NCBI GenBank assembly: GCA_010015585.1
Contig: ML975153.1
Direction: 5' to 3' (one strand)
Length of the DNA stretch: 64,000 nt
Origin: Eremomyces bilateralis CBS 781.70
Lineage: Eukaryota
Shown: piece by piece, positions 25,624-38,325 of the stretch
Position numbering within the stretch: position 1 is the first letter of the stretch
Layout: the number at the start of each line of letters is the position of its first letter
Notes under the pieces: model-generated
Told to the model about the DNA's origin: nothing
What the model saw: only the letters and a program-made list of their open reading frames with translations
Databases searched by the model: none
Translations under genes and position numbers: made by a program

Positions 25624-26574
25624 TTTGATGTTTCTTCGTAGATTTTCTTCAAAGGCGATAACTTCTCACTGGTTTGACCTGGTGAATACCGCGAAGGAGT
25701 ATACTATATATAATGAAATAGTACGCAACAACGCGACCATCCATCATGCCCGGACACGAGATGACGTAAATGCCCGTGGTAAACATCGTAACAACTCCTG
25801 CCGTTGGGTGGCTTACGTGGTTATTCGGCGGGGTTTGAATGTATTAAGCCCCGATATGGCTCCCAAATTTGCATCGAAGCTTATGTCAAATTGTGCGCTT
25901 ATGTGGGGCTTCGTTGCATAGTCTTCCGTATTGCTGATATTTCAAATTATGCATTGCCCAATGTAGGTCGAGAAACGACGTAAGATTTCGGTTGTTGCCC
26001 TAAGCATCGATATGCTAGGTACGTAACTCGTATAGCAAAGCTGACAGGATCCGACGTGCCCTTGCATAGACAACGTGTCACGTGGATCAGTGACTGAAAA
26101 GGCATCATCGCAATATCTGGCGGCAGAGATGTGTGAGCTGATTCCTTCTTGTGAGCAGCACGAGTACATATGGATATGTACCCGAGACCGCTGATGGTGC
26201 ATCCTGCATGTGCCATAAGCCATTGCATTTAAGGCTATTGTTAACCATCATACACCATCCCGCCCCCGTCTGACACATATATTCTTTTCTGATTCACCTG
26301 CGACCATTGAGGACGACAGGTGCGCTCAATACTAGCCAGCTCAGGGGGGATTTCCTATCCGCCAGAGCAGCGCGCATTTCCATTCGGCTAGCTTCATGCA
26401 AGCTCGACGGAAGAGGAAACTCTTCCGAACCAACTGCTCTTAGGTCCGAGTTGGGGCTCAAGATCTCCCTCGCTTATCAAAAATGCTTGGATAATGGGGC
26501 TGCATGTTCTGAAATCAGGCAATACAGATACTTGATAGTATTCGCTCTCAAGGCTAGACAACGCCAGCAAAAGC

Positions 26575-27504
26575 TTATGACCCTGGCGCCCTACGTTCGT
26601 CTGGCATGGCTTTCTTTTCTTTAGCCCCTTGCTTCTTGCGCCGTCGCTCCACGGCCCTCACTCGATCCTTGCCTTTCATCTCAGTGAACTTCTCCGTCAG
26701 AGCCAGACGCTTCAAGTCGGAATTCTTGAGGTGGTATGCTTTCTTGCCCGACTTCGCCAGCTCCTTCTCGTTCTGCCGATGCTTTCGCGATAGTTCCGCA
26801 AGCCGTTCCTTTTCGGTTCGAGTTCGCTCCCGATCCTCCATCCGCCGCAGTTCTTGCTTCAGGACCTCCCCCTCCGCTTCAGTGATCGCGGGCGGCTTTC
26901 CTTTCGACCCTTTGCCTTTCGATTCTTGGATTTGCTCCCGTAGGGTATCCATTTCCGAAGTGCGATATTGCTGAAGGAACCCGTACTGGTTGGTTGCGTG
27001 AGGATTGTTGGATTTGTTTGCGACATGGTCAAAACGCGGATCTCGAGAGCGACGGGCTTCGGAGTTCAAAATGGTCCGACGACGAGTTACTGGTCGGTTG
27101 CTGGGTAGACTCGCTGGAGCGTGTTTAGATGATCTGGCTCGTGGATTGGTATCATCCTCATCGGAAGAGTTAGAGGTATCTGTATCATCAGATGACTCGT
27201 CTTCGGGTCCCTCTGGTTGGGTATGCTTTCGTCGTAATGAATCGATGTGAACGGAGGTGTTGGACGACTTTGGCCTCTTCTCATTGCGACCGTCCTTTGC
27301 ACCCCTTTGGACCTGTGTAGATCTTCGCGACTCTCGAGGGTCAGGACGCTTTCGTTTCCCGCTGGTCGTAGAAGCTGGATCGAGGGCATCTTGGGCCTTT
27401 GCCAGCGCTCCAAAAGATAGTTTTCCAAGGCTACTCTGGATGTGAGAATGGGGATTTGAAGTTCTCGTGAGACCAGTCGATCGTCCTGGAATAGGTTGTT
27501 CCAT
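26575..27504 (-). CDS. RRP36: rRNA biogenesis protein Rrp36
   Basis: LSFGALAKAQ, SSKHAP, RDPRFD, YGFLQQYRTSE, GKKAYHLKNSD, ERRRKK. Start codon uncertain. Confidence 0.85.
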   Translation of the reverse strand: MEQPIPGRSTGLTRTSNPHSHIQSSLGKLSFGALAKAQDALDPASTTSGKRKRPDPRESRRSTQVQRGAKDGRNEKRPKSSNTSVHIDSLRRKHTQPEGPEDESSDDTDTSNSSDEDDTNPRARSSKHAPASLPSNRPVTRRRTILNSEARRSRDPRFDHVANKSNNPHATNQYGFLQQYRTSEMDTLREQIQESKGKGSKGKPPAITEAEGEVLKQELRRMEDRERTRTEKERLAELSRKHRQNEKELAKSGKKAYHLKNSDLKRLALTEKFTEMKGKDRVRAVERRRKKQGAKEKKAMPDERRAPGS

Positions 27505-28245
27505 TTTGTGAAGCGCTATCTTCGAAATATGCACAGGAGAGGAATGGTTTCCAAGGGTCCGTTTGGAAGTTTCCTGGAGTTCAGACGTTGTCCAATTACT
27601 GGGTTCGTATTCTTATATCCAGTAGCATGTAGGTATAGATCATTCCATTGCCACGCTCTATTTGTTTGCAGAGTCGTTTGCAGTCCTTGGGCATGTGTTC
27701 TATGGAAGTTTTTGAGGCTTCATGAAGTGAAATCGATAAAATGTGGGGGCAGGATATCGGTGTCACGTGCATACGAAATCAATTTGGCGTCTGCCTTGTT
27801 GCCTTGCGATATCACTTCACTTCATCAAATGTTGATTCACTTGGGAACAATATCAAGTGGCGCAATTGCAATCTTCACATCAACATCAGTGATTATAGCT
27901 ATACGGGCGCCATGGCTTATGAAGTGGTGCCTGCTTCAATATCTGTTACGATATTTGATACGAAACAGGCATACATATTTTTGGATTAGCGCCAGGCGCT
28001 GTAGGCAATCACTGGGCATTGAGTGAGTGATTGAATAAACAGACGCCAGTTCAACCATCAATCAATACATCATATTGACAGATATTTCACCTGAATGTCT
28101 GCCTTTATTCATGGTTACTCCACTTCTGCCATCGACCCGTCATCCAATTTGTTGTCAATTACTGATGACAAAACGCAGTGGCAAGTTGCCCAAAGTGGTC
28201 AACCGGAGACAGGAAAGACACAAGCAACTCCGGCAAGATCTCAAA

Positions 28246-30003
28246 ATGGAGGAGCCAACAGTACCTGAGTGGAGAGTCAATTCTCAAAGTAATGGAGCGT
28301 CCAAATCCTCTCCAGGATCTTCCGAGTCAATTGTGTTTGCCGGGCGGAACCCATCGGGGGTCAAGGGGCGGGGCGGTCGTTCTGCCCGCAATAACACACT
28401 GAAATGGGCCAACAATGCCTCGCACTCGGTGAATTGGGGCCACAATGGTGCTCGATCGGATCCGAATCCAGCAAATCCCTTCACTGCTCCCGTCAGAGGG
28501 GTATCGATACCCTCTAAGCCAGATCGAAATCGAAGCCGAGCGAGAAGACCTATGGAGCCTAGAATGGAATCTGGTAGTCACTTCAGCAGAGGCCAGGGAC
28601 ACCAACAACCAGATAATATTGCTTTCTCTCAACACCTGAACCCTCATTTTAGAAACCAGGGGACATATGACACCACGGGTATGGATGTCTCTCGAGAGTT
28701 TCAGCCACCGTCAACATATGGCGAAACTCTAAGGCGAGATTATTCGTTCACTCATGGGTTTAATGGATCTACTTCGAACTCGTCAGATTCCATGCAACAG
28801 TCAGCAGCGGTCAATCCGCAGTCGTTCGGTTTCAACATGCAGCAACCTATCTCATCTCTGGGCAACCTGCCTGTCTCAACTGCCGAGGGTCAATTCCACT
28901 CGCCTGGGATGCCATTTACCAGCGGACAATTTGGCAGAATGGACACTTCGCAAGCACAGTCCCAAATGCTGTATTCCAGCGGACAATTCGGCGGAATGAG
29001 CACCTCGCAAGCGCCGCCTCAAATGCCAATCATGCCGTACAGCAACAGCATGTTTCCGATGCAAGCAGGCTTTCCAGCGCCGAGCGGGACATTTCCGAAC
29101 ATGTTTGGGAGCATGTATATACCAAACATGCTACCCAACCCGCCCATGCCTGGTTCAATGCTTGATCCGTCGATGATGTTCCCGATGCATCCAGGGCAGC
29201 AGCAACAGCAGCAGCAGAACATGCCGGCTACTGTCCCTCAATATGATCCGGACGATTTCCGAGGCGTACCTGGTACCGTAAATCGAGATATCCTGGGTGC
29301 CGCTCAGCGGAAAATTCCTCCTCCAGAGTTCCCGACCCTAAAGCCGTCACCGACAAAGCCATATCTGGCCCAGACCACGACCCAGTCAATTCGAAGGAGC
29401 GAGCCGCAACCATTGTTGATAGTTACCGACCTGAACGGAACTCTCATTTACCGTGGTGGTCGTGGAAAGCAAAACTTTGTCCCTCGTCCCAATCTGGACG
29501 AGTTCCTCTCCCAGCTGTTCTCCGATGATTCATTCCGCACAATGGTCTGGACTTCCGCTCGACCCGAAAATGCCGCTGCGATATTAGCGAGGCTTCTCAC
29601 CCCGGAGCAGCGTTCGAAGCTGGTTGCTGAATGGGCTCGAGACAAGTTAGGGCTCAATCACAAGCAATACAACCAGAAAGTCCAGGTGTACAAGCGACTT
29701 TCAGCGATATGGCGGGACAAAGGCATCCAGAAGAGCCATCCGCGGGCCGCTAAGGGTGAAAAATGGGGCCCTCACAACACCGTCCTTATCGACGACTCCC
29801 GAGAGAAAGCGAGCAGCGAGCCGTACAACCTCATATGCATCCCGGAGTTCGTCGCCGAGAAGAAAGCCGAAGGGAAGCCGGAAGGGGAGGCGGAGGCGCG
29901 CGTTTTGATGAAGGTTCTGGAATACCTGGATGAAGCGAAGTACTGGAGCAACATCAGTGCGTTCATCAGGGACAGGCCTTTCGCGATGGAAGATGTTGGT
30001 TAA
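28246..30003 (+). CDS. FCP1-homology (NIF/HAD-like) domain protein with a long low-complexity N-terminus
   Basis: LIVTDLNGTL, RPNLDEFL, MVWTSARPEN, YKRLSAIW, NTVLIDDS.EKA..EPYNLICIPEF. Confidence 0.85.
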   Translation: MEEPTVPEWRVNSQSNGASKSSPGSSESIVFAGRNPSGVKGRGGRSARNNTLKWANNASHSVNWGHNGARSDPNPANPFTAPVRGVSIPSKPDRNRSRARRPMEPRMESGSHFSRGQGHQQPDNIAFSQHLNPHFRNQGTYDTTGMDVSREFQPPSTYGETLRRDYSFTHGFNGSTSNSSDSMQQSAAVNPQSFGFNMQQPISSLGNLPVSTAEGQFHSPGMPFTSGQFGRMDTSQAQSQMLYSSGQFGGMSTSQAPPQMPIMPYSNSMFPMQAGFPAPSGTFPNMFGSMYIPNMLPNPPMPGSMLDPSMMFPMHPGQQQQQQQNMPATVPQYDPDDFRGVPGTVNRDILGAAQRKIPPPEFPTLKPSPTKPYLAQTTTQSIRRSEPQPLLIVTDLNGTLIYRGGRGKQNFVPRPNLDEFLSQLFSDDSFRTMVWTSARPENAAAILARLLTPEQRSKLVAEWARDKLGLNHKQYNQKVQVYKRLSAIWRDKGIQKSHPRAAKGEKWGPHNTVLIDDSREKASSEPYNLICIPEFVAEKKAEGKPEGEAEARVLMKVLEYLDEAKYWSNISAFIRDRPFAMEDVG

Positions 30004-30546
30004 GCGAGACATCGGCCAGCGGAGTCTGGGATGGCACGATGAGATGGATTGTAGTCTCTACGTATTGAATGGCATCGATGGTAGATCGATGCGGCGCACT
30101 TTCGGCTCATTATTACATGATCATCAGATACCCTAGGATAAGGATCGGTTCGTTATGGATTTTACATAGGGACATAGATAAAATGGGATAATTCGTCTGA
30201 GCTATCAGAATGAACTGTGGTGCTTCGTGCTACTTAGATATGGCCAATCGGCTAGTCTTCCAGTTCGCAGTATGCATGCAAGTCTGGTGACCGAGGGCGT
30301 GTTTTAGAACCATCTGCCAAATATCCAAGGCATGGTCCCGAGTGCAGATATGTCAGTCCCGGACCCTCGCCTGTGAAGCCCACTGGGACTGGAGGGTCGG
30401 TCGATCTCCGTCATCCTTTCGCAGCAGGACAGAATATGTTTCTGCGGTGCGTAACTCTACTTGCCCCGATTCATCCAGGCTGGGCCTTGGAGGGCGACGG
30501 AATAGTTCCTCGTAGATTGATCAAAACCAATCTCGATAATGCTGCT

Positions 30547-31461
30547 TCAAGGAGACCTGGAGCGTCGTCGATACCGCTCACCGGACCGTACTCTGTGTTC
30601 CCGTCGTTCGTCTCGATGTCTATGTCGATGCCGTTCTCTTGATCGTGACCGGTGCGCCCTCCCTCTATACCTGTCCTCGGACCGTGACCTGTGCCGGGGC
30701 GGCTCACGCCTGTGTCGTTCTCTCGATCTTGACCGCGATCTCGAAGGTCGTCGCTCGTGTCGTCGACGCTCGTTACGGTGTCGCCGGCCTTCGCCGGGTC
30801 GATCCGACTCGTCATGTCTGTGTCGTCTCCTGTCCGATCTGTGCGCGGCTGCGGGCTTGGAACGCGCATCCCTCCTCCTGTCCACCTGTGCACTTCCTTC
30901 TAACACCTCCTCCTCCGCGCCCCCATCACCCCCACCATACGCACCATACCCAACCCCCTTCCCCACCCCATCCAAACCCCCGGCTACATCCCCACCTCCC
31001 GCCGTCTCTGCCAACGCGCGCTTGGCATCCGAGTCCGTCGCCGTATCCCCGAGCGGTACCTGATTCGGATTCCGATCCGGCACCGGCAGCCCCAGTGCGG
31101 CGGCCATGGCATCTTCCTCTGCTTCCTTGATGCGGCGCAGTTCTTCCTTGCGCGCATCCGCGGCAGACGTCCCGTCGGCTTCGTCGCCTTTCGCGTACCA
31201 GTTTAGGTCTTTGCCGCTTTGCCATCGGCCGACGGCTGGATCGGGAGGTTAGTCGCGGGGTATCTTGAGTGGGGGATCGAGTACGTACGGGCCATGAGGG
31301 AATGGCCTAGGTAGTTTTCGCGCTGGGCGTCGTTTTTGACATCTTCCCATTTGAATTCGGCTCGGCCACCTCTGCGATAGATCAGTATGATGGTCGGATA
31401 TATAGGATGCGCATTGCACGTACCTGCTCCCTTCTTTGCGGATTGTTTGTAGGAGATCCAT
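30547..31461 (-). CDS. MMTAG2 / multiple myeloma tumor-associated protein 2-like, with RS/RH-rich tail; 3 exons
   Basis: Spliced N-terminus [25 protein letters not shown]...[28 protein letters not shown]-terminus RRRSRSP*. Confidence 0.85.
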
Positions 31462-31853
31462 GATTGCATGAATAGCTGTCGTAAGGCTCCAGAAGAACGA
31501 GTCTCTAGTGCAAGACAACGAAGTCGGATTGAGTTGTTGAACAGTTGAACGTCATCGGAGCAGATGGAGACTCGGAATATTTAATGCCTCAGGCACCAAC
31601 AAATCATCACCATCAATGACTTGACCAGACGAATTCAATTGAAGCTGCGGTCTTCATTCACTTCAACCACTTCAACTGCTCTAAGGGGTTTTATTTAACT
31701 CAATTTACGCACTTCACTATCATCCACGGAATCTTTTCTCTTGCCCAGGCGCTTAAACAGGAAAATTATTCAACTTGAGGACGCTATTTAGCTTCCAGAA
31801 CTGCCTTGAAGCTGCACGAAGCTTGCGGAATGAAAGTTCGACCACTTTAGAAT

Positions 31854-32996
31854 ATGGAGATCCAGCTTGATGAGATACAATGGCGGCTGCCTCAAGCCGT
31901 CGAATTCTACCGTGGTGTGCATACGGACTCAGGTAAGTTTAACGCGACCAATGCCCGTCCGCCCGTCGCTCATATATACAGTCCACCTCTACTTCATGAA
32001 CTCCCCCTTCTTCGATCCGACCTCCAACAACGGCGTCCTCCGGCAACAGAGTGAGCTCAATCCAGCGATGCAGTACCTCCTCCGAAGCCGCGCGGATTTC
32101 GAGAACCGACTCAAAACCATGCAAGGCCTGGAGTTCATGGTGGTTCAAGAGCCGCAGCAGTTGAGCGATGGCCAGGATACGGGGATATGGATCATTCGAA
32201 AGCAGGAGCGACAAAAGCGGCCGGGGAAGGAGGATGAGCTTACGGTTCTGGGATCCTACTTTGTGGTTGGTGAGGATGTTTATCAGGCGCCTTCGATCGG
32301 GGATATCATCCGGAATCGGCTGGTATGTATCTCTCAGCACACTTGTGATAGGTCATCTTTAACACTTCACAGCTCTCGGTCACTACCAGCCTGACGTCAC
32401 TTCTATCACTTACAAGCTCCCTACCGCTTTTCAACTCCGCAGAGGGATATAGCTACCTCCCACCAACCTCTAAAGATCTCCAGCTCAGCACCATCGCGAC
32501 CTCCCGATCCCCCAGCCGCGCCAATACCCCCGGCTCCGATACTTTCCAACAACCGGGGCACGAACCCTCCAGCGATGAGAAAAGCGACTTGTCCTTATTA
32601 TGGGACTCATTCCAGCTCGCCAGTCGATACGGCAGCGAATTCGCTGACGAGAACCCCCTGCTCGGCGAGCCGGGCAGCTTCGTATTCTCGTCGACCAGTG
32701 AGCACCTGCAGACGCAAGCGTCGAAGGTGACCTCATCGCAGAAGTCCGCTACCAATGTCACCAGCTCCTTCGCGAGCGGCGTGAGCACGCCTACATCTGT
32801 GTCTCGGAAGCCAACGCCGGTCCCGATATCTGCAGGTCCTGAGTCTCGCCAGGGGGTATTGCCGCCGGTGCGGAAAGGTAGCAAAGCGCCGGGAACTGGG
32901 AGTACCCCGACGACTCCAATCAGTGCTGGTGGGACGGGGAAGATCTCCTTTAAAAGGAGGAAGAGCAAACCGCCGGGGACGGAGGAGATAGGATGA
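31854..32996 (+). CDS. MED6: Mediator subunit 6; 3 exons
   Basis: LDEIQWR, HLYFMNSPFFDPTSNN, LKTMQGLEF, WIIRKQER, YFVVGEDVYQAPS, SEFADENPLLGEPGSF. Confidence 0.92.
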
Positions 32997-33637
32997 GGGG
33001 GTGGGAGTTTTTGTTCTTCTGGTTTAGCATAGCGTTTGGATTTGGTAGAGGTTGATACCCCAGGACAGGCGTATATCGAATTTTCTTTGCACATTTCCAT
33101 AGACATAGAGACCAGGACACTTTAAACAGCGATTGGACGTATGGATGTGTATCAGTAGACACTCACGGTAGAGAGTGAAGAGTAAGGGGTGCCAAACTGA
33201 AGCCCAAAATATATTGCGGCCTTGGTGCCTTGGTGCCTTGGCCTTTCTCAAACTTCCCATCGTATTCCAATTGTTGTGGTGATGAACTGAATATCAACTG
33301 ATGATTGCAGAACTCCTGTTCAAAGATACCTAACTTGACATCCTCCCAGTAAACCCGAACCTGTGCCATTCATTCATTATACCCCCCCATTCATCCCTGA
33401 TCGCTGGACTCTGCTGCCGAATTGACACGCCCCGAAAGAATCCCCAACATTACAATCAACTCAAACACGCGCATCGTGGACTCATCACACCTCTACATCG
33501 CAACTTCAGTCGCAACTCAAGAATCGAGTCCTAGAACCGTGTCCTAACTCGGAGTTCTCTGCTTTAGAATACTTCCTATCGACATCCACGAACCGGCACA
33601 AGAAAGGAAGAACGGATACCCTACCACTAGAGGTGCC

Positions 33638-34381
33638 ATGGCGGAGCCTCCACATAAGCGACCAAAGCGGACCGATAGCTCTGATATGTGGGACCGCGGT
33701 GCCTCGGAATTAAAGCCTCGTACCCATCACACAGATCGACCTGGCCCCGAAGATACATCAAGGAGAAGGGAGCGGAGGCGTTCGCGATCAAGATCGCGCG
33801 AAAGAGGGGACGCAGGGCGGGACCGGCCTCGAGGTGATCGAAACTACGACAGTCGTGACGGGAGGTCGAAGCCGGTAAGGCCTAGGGAACGGAGTGCTAG
33901 CAGAGAACGCTACAACGCACGACGAGGTGGGTTCCTACTCCAGTCTTCATGCCGCGGTTCTAACAAATATCTAGGCGACGACCGAGCCAGATCACGATCA
34001 CCGCGGAGAGATGAGTCGAAGTACAAAGGCCATCGCGCACGCTCACCGCCACGAGGACCGCGCACCGATCGATCCAGAGAGCGACGCCGCGGCGACGGCG
34101 ACCGATCCAAGGCCAATGTGCCAGAAACGAACGGAACCGCCATGGGAGCATCGTCTAAACATGCTGCGGACAAGAAGGACCCGGATGAGATGGAGGGTAT
34201 TGAGGAAGACGAGGACGCTGTCATGAAGCGGATGATGGGATTCGGCAAATTCAACACGACCAAAAACTCGAAGGTTCCGGGCAATGAGATGAACTATGCG
34301 GTCAGGAAGGAGAAGAAGACAATGTACAGGCAGTACATGAACCGGCCAGGAGGCTTCAATCGACCTCTCAGTCCTGGGTGA
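33638..34381 (+). CDS. SNRNP27: U4/U6.U5 tri-snRNP 27-kDa protein (DUF1777); probable in-frame intron 33927-33974
   Basis: RS-rich N-terminus. C-terminal MKRMMGFGKFNTTKNSKVPGN...YRQYMNRPGGFNRPLSP. Confidence 0.9.
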   Translation: MAEPPHKRPKRTDSSDMWDRGASELKPRTHHTDRPGPEDTSRRRERRRSRSRSRERGDAGRDRPRGDRNYDSRDGRSKPVRPRERSASRERYNARRGGFLLQSSCRGSNKYLGDDRARSRSPRRDESKYKGHRARSPPRGPRTDRSRERRRGDGDRSKANVPETNGTAMGASSKHAADKKDPDEMEGIEEDEDAVMKRMMGFGKFNTTKNSKVPGNEMNYAVRKEKKTMYRQYMNRPGGFNRPLSPG

Positions 34382-34959
34382 AGGTAGGACGTGGGGAGGA
34401 GAGGTTTTAAGTTGTCGATGCGGATATTTCTAGCGTTTGGTGATGATGTCGACCTGCATCGGCCGGAAACACTGTATACATACTCTTAGCTAGCCTCCAT
34501 GATCGAGGCAATTGGCGCTGTGTTCTAGAGAAAATCGGTCGTTTCCACGATCTATCGACCTCTTCACATGCTTTGCTCTTATACACATGGAAATCTTGCT
34601 GGAGTCCAGCCCAACGGCCCTCGCAACCGCGAAGTTACCGTATCCTCCCTGTATCCACAGACATCGTACAGCATCAGGAAAGTTAGGTACATTACAGTCG
34701 GTATAAAATAAGTTGCAGTTAATAGATGGTACCTGAATATCAAGACCCTTAGTGTCGGAGCAGGAGTATCCCTGTCTCTCCGAGCTGCATATGATGCTCC
34801 TTTACCAGTGACATGTTAACTTCTTCACCTCCTCCAAGTACAGTTCTGATGGTTGGCAATGTCAATGTCACTCGTTTACTTCAATGCGATAACTTGAACC
34901 TGAATTTCAGCTTCGTGTCAATTCTCATGATCTAGTTCTTCATTCCGGAGTGGTTACAT

Positions 34960-37617
34960 ATGGCGAAACTTGCTATGGCGCGGATGCGCCTCGATTCCAT
35001 GTGGATGTTTTGGGTCGTACTTCTGCTCCGTCTCGTGTCCGGCGTGGATGCGGACACGACATACACAGCTCAAGATATAGAGCGGATATCGAATAATACC
35101 TTACTATGGGGCCCATACCGTCCCAACTTGTACTTTGGCACTCGGCCAAGAATACCGAACAGCCTTCTAACCGGACTCTTGTTCACACGGGTGGAAGACT
35201 ATGCGTCCATTCAGCACAGTATGTACCAGATCTCTACTCTAGAAGATTGAACGGTGCACTGACATCGACCTCCAAAGCTTTTCGTCATACCTGCGAGCAG
35301 AATGAGAACATGGCTGGGTACGGATGGGACATTTTCGACCCACGGCTCGGAGGCATCCAGACGATTCGCGACACAGCCAACGGCATAGACTTGACGACCT
35401 CGTTCATAAAAGACACGGCAGCCGGTGATAAGGGGGGCAATTGGGGTGTCCGCATCTCCGGGAAGCCGCGAGAAAAGGAGGATGTCAAGACCACCGTCAT
35501 CTTCTACACGGCCCGCGAAGGGCTCGGTGGCCTTGAAGTAGAGACCGACGTACCGGCAGAAGGGGTGGAGGGTGATGTTGTCATGAAGGGCGAGAGCGGT
35601 GCGCTTGGAGACTTTACTATCACGGTTACGGGCGACCCGGAAGACCGAAAGGGTATCAATAAGCATCCGTTCCATTCCCATGTCACAGCGCAAGAGAAGC
35701 ATTTGGATCGAACGTTTGTGAATACACAGCAGTTGCAGCCGGACGCCTTGTGGCAAACAAAACGTGCGTATCATCCAGTTGAATGTCGTACAAGCTGACC
35801 ATGTTCTCCGCAGCTATATTATTCCAGCATTTGAAGACCCAGATTGAGGAATTGATTGAAAGGTACGGTAAGGACAACCCTCCACCACCGTATCAGCTAT
35901 ACACGATCGCGAACAACGCCGGGGCTGGGAACCTGCAATTCGTCCAGAAAGTATTCGAAGGACCGTTCGAGTTTGACATTCTGTTCAACTCCGGCAGCGC
36001 GCCCGAGCCGATTACCTCGACGACCATTTCGTCGAAGATCGAGGATCTCAAGAAGTCGTTCGCCGCGAAATTCAAGGACGTCTTCAAGCCGTCCGCGCCC
36101 TTCACCGGCGCCAAGTACGAGGAATTCGCCCATTCGCTCTTTTCCAACCTCATCGGCGGCCTCGGGTACTTCCACGGCGACTCCCTCGTCGACCGCTCCT
36201 ACGCGCCCGAATATGAGGAGGAAAACGAAGGCTTCTGGGACGAGACTGCCGACGCGCGGTCGCGCGTGCAACCCGTGCTCGAGGGCCCGTCGGAGCTCTT
36301 CACCAGCATCCCGTCGCGGCCGTTCTTCCCCCGTGGGTTCCTCTGGGACGAAGGCTTCCACCTGATCCCGATCCTGGACTGGGACGTCGACCTGACGCTG
36401 CAGATCACGAAGAGCTGGTTCAACCTGATGGACGACGACGGCTGGATCGCGCGGGAGCAGATCCTTGGCCCCGAGGCACGCAGCAAGGTACCGGCGGAGT
36501 TCCAGGTGCAATACCCACACTACGCCAACCCCCCAACCCTCTTCCTCATCATCTCCTCCCTTGCCGACAAGCTCGACGCGCTGAAATCCCACCCCCTCAC
36601 CCCCCACACCGACATCCATACCGACCCCAGCGCTTACCTCCTCTCCACCCCCGGCGCCGTCGACGCCGCCCTCCGCGACCTCTACCCCCTCCTCACTAAG
36701 CACTACGCCTGGTTCCGCCGCACCCAGGCTGGCGACGTCAAGTCCTACGACCGCGACGCCTTCTCCACCAAGGAAGCCTACCGCTGGCGTGGCCGCACCA
36801 CCACTCATCTCCTCACCTCCGGCCTCGACGACTACCCGCGCGCCCAGCCACCACATCCGGGCGAGCTGCACGTCGACGCGCTCAGCTGGGTGGGGCTAAT
36901 GGCCTCTTCCCTCGCGCGCATCGCGACCTTCCTCTCCGAAGACGATGACGCGGCGCGCTTCGCGAAACATGAAGCCGCGATCCGGCGCAACGTCGACGAT
37001 CTGCACTGGTCGGCAGAGCGGAAGATGTACTGCGACGCGAGCATCGACGACTACGAGGAGCACGTGCTGGTGTGCCACGCGGGGTACGTGTCGTTGTTTC
37101 CGTTCATGGTGGGGTTGATGGATCCGGCAGGGGAGAAGATGGGGGACGTGTTGGATCTGATCGCCAATCCGGCGGAGTTGTGGAGCGAGCATGGGATTCG
37201 GAGTTTGGGGAAGGGGGATGCGTTGTATGGGACTGAGGAGGATTATTGGCGGAGTCCGGTGTGGTTGAACATGAACTACCTGATCGTTTCGAGGCTTTTG
37301 GTAAGCTTTCCTCTTCCCCCTTCCATTTCCCTCACACCCCCACTCCAACCGTATACTAACGTACCCCCTAGTCTCTCGCCCAAACCCCCGGACCCCACCA
37401 GTCCCGCGCCACGACCCTCTACGCCGCCCTCCGCCGCAACCTCGTGACCACGGTGTACACCTCCTGGAAAGAGACCGGGTTCGCGTGGGAGCAGTACCAC
37501 CCGGAGACGGGGGCGGGCCAGCGGACGCAGCATTTCACCGGGTGGACGAGCTTGGTGGTGAAGATTTTGGGGATGCCGGAGATAGGAGGGGAAGGGAGGG
37601 AGAGGGATGAGTTGTAG
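34960..37617 (+). CDS. CWH41: Mannosyl-oligosaccharide glucosidase I (GH63), multi-exon, C-terminal RDEL
   Basis: LLWGPYRPNLYFG, PSRPFFPRGFLWDEGFHL, GWIAREQILGPEARSKVP, LTSGLDDYPR, YWRSPVWLNMNYL, HFTGWTSLV. Ends ERDEL*. Confidence 0.95.
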
Positions 37618-38325
37618 TAGGTGTGGAGGGAATTAGGTGATGGCGGATGGTTGATTGATGGGGGTCATACCCCGAGGTGTGGTGGACGGTCATGTCCGCC
37701 ATCCGTTACTGTACCTGTACATACTTCATCACATATCAAAAACGCATACCACATCACACATCTCACTCCCAATCGCAATCTCAATCCAACCATCCCAACA
37801 CACAACCCCATCTCGAATCATAAAATATTCCATGCATTTCAATACTCATCATAAACGTAAAACTACCAGATCCTCATTCGTCGCCGAATCGTAGTCATCG
37901 TGCCTTCATTACCCAGAAAGTGGCGCTCTGGCTGGCGCGGTCATCCAACGAGCCACGCCGAGCGAGCTTATTAATGCCATGTATACGGAGTGGTGAGGGT
38001 GAGGTCGCCGCGTGGAAGCGACAATCATGTATGTGGAAACTCGTCGCCCGCGTTGGCTGGTCGTGAGAAGAGGCGTAGGTGTGTCGTGAATCAGAAGCGT
38101 GTCGTCGTCGCTTGTTCGTTTGGTTTCGGTATGTTCCGTTCGCGTGGTGATCGAATCGGTGAGAGGGAGGCCGATGTGGTGTGGCCGGACGGAGAAAGAG
38201 GGTATTCAAGAACCGAAATGGATGATGCATGGTCGTGTCATCGCGAGTGGAAGACGCGTCCTCCGCCTCCAACTTCCCACCATCCACCGCCTGCACTTCG
38301 CATTTCATTCAATCATCCCCACCCA

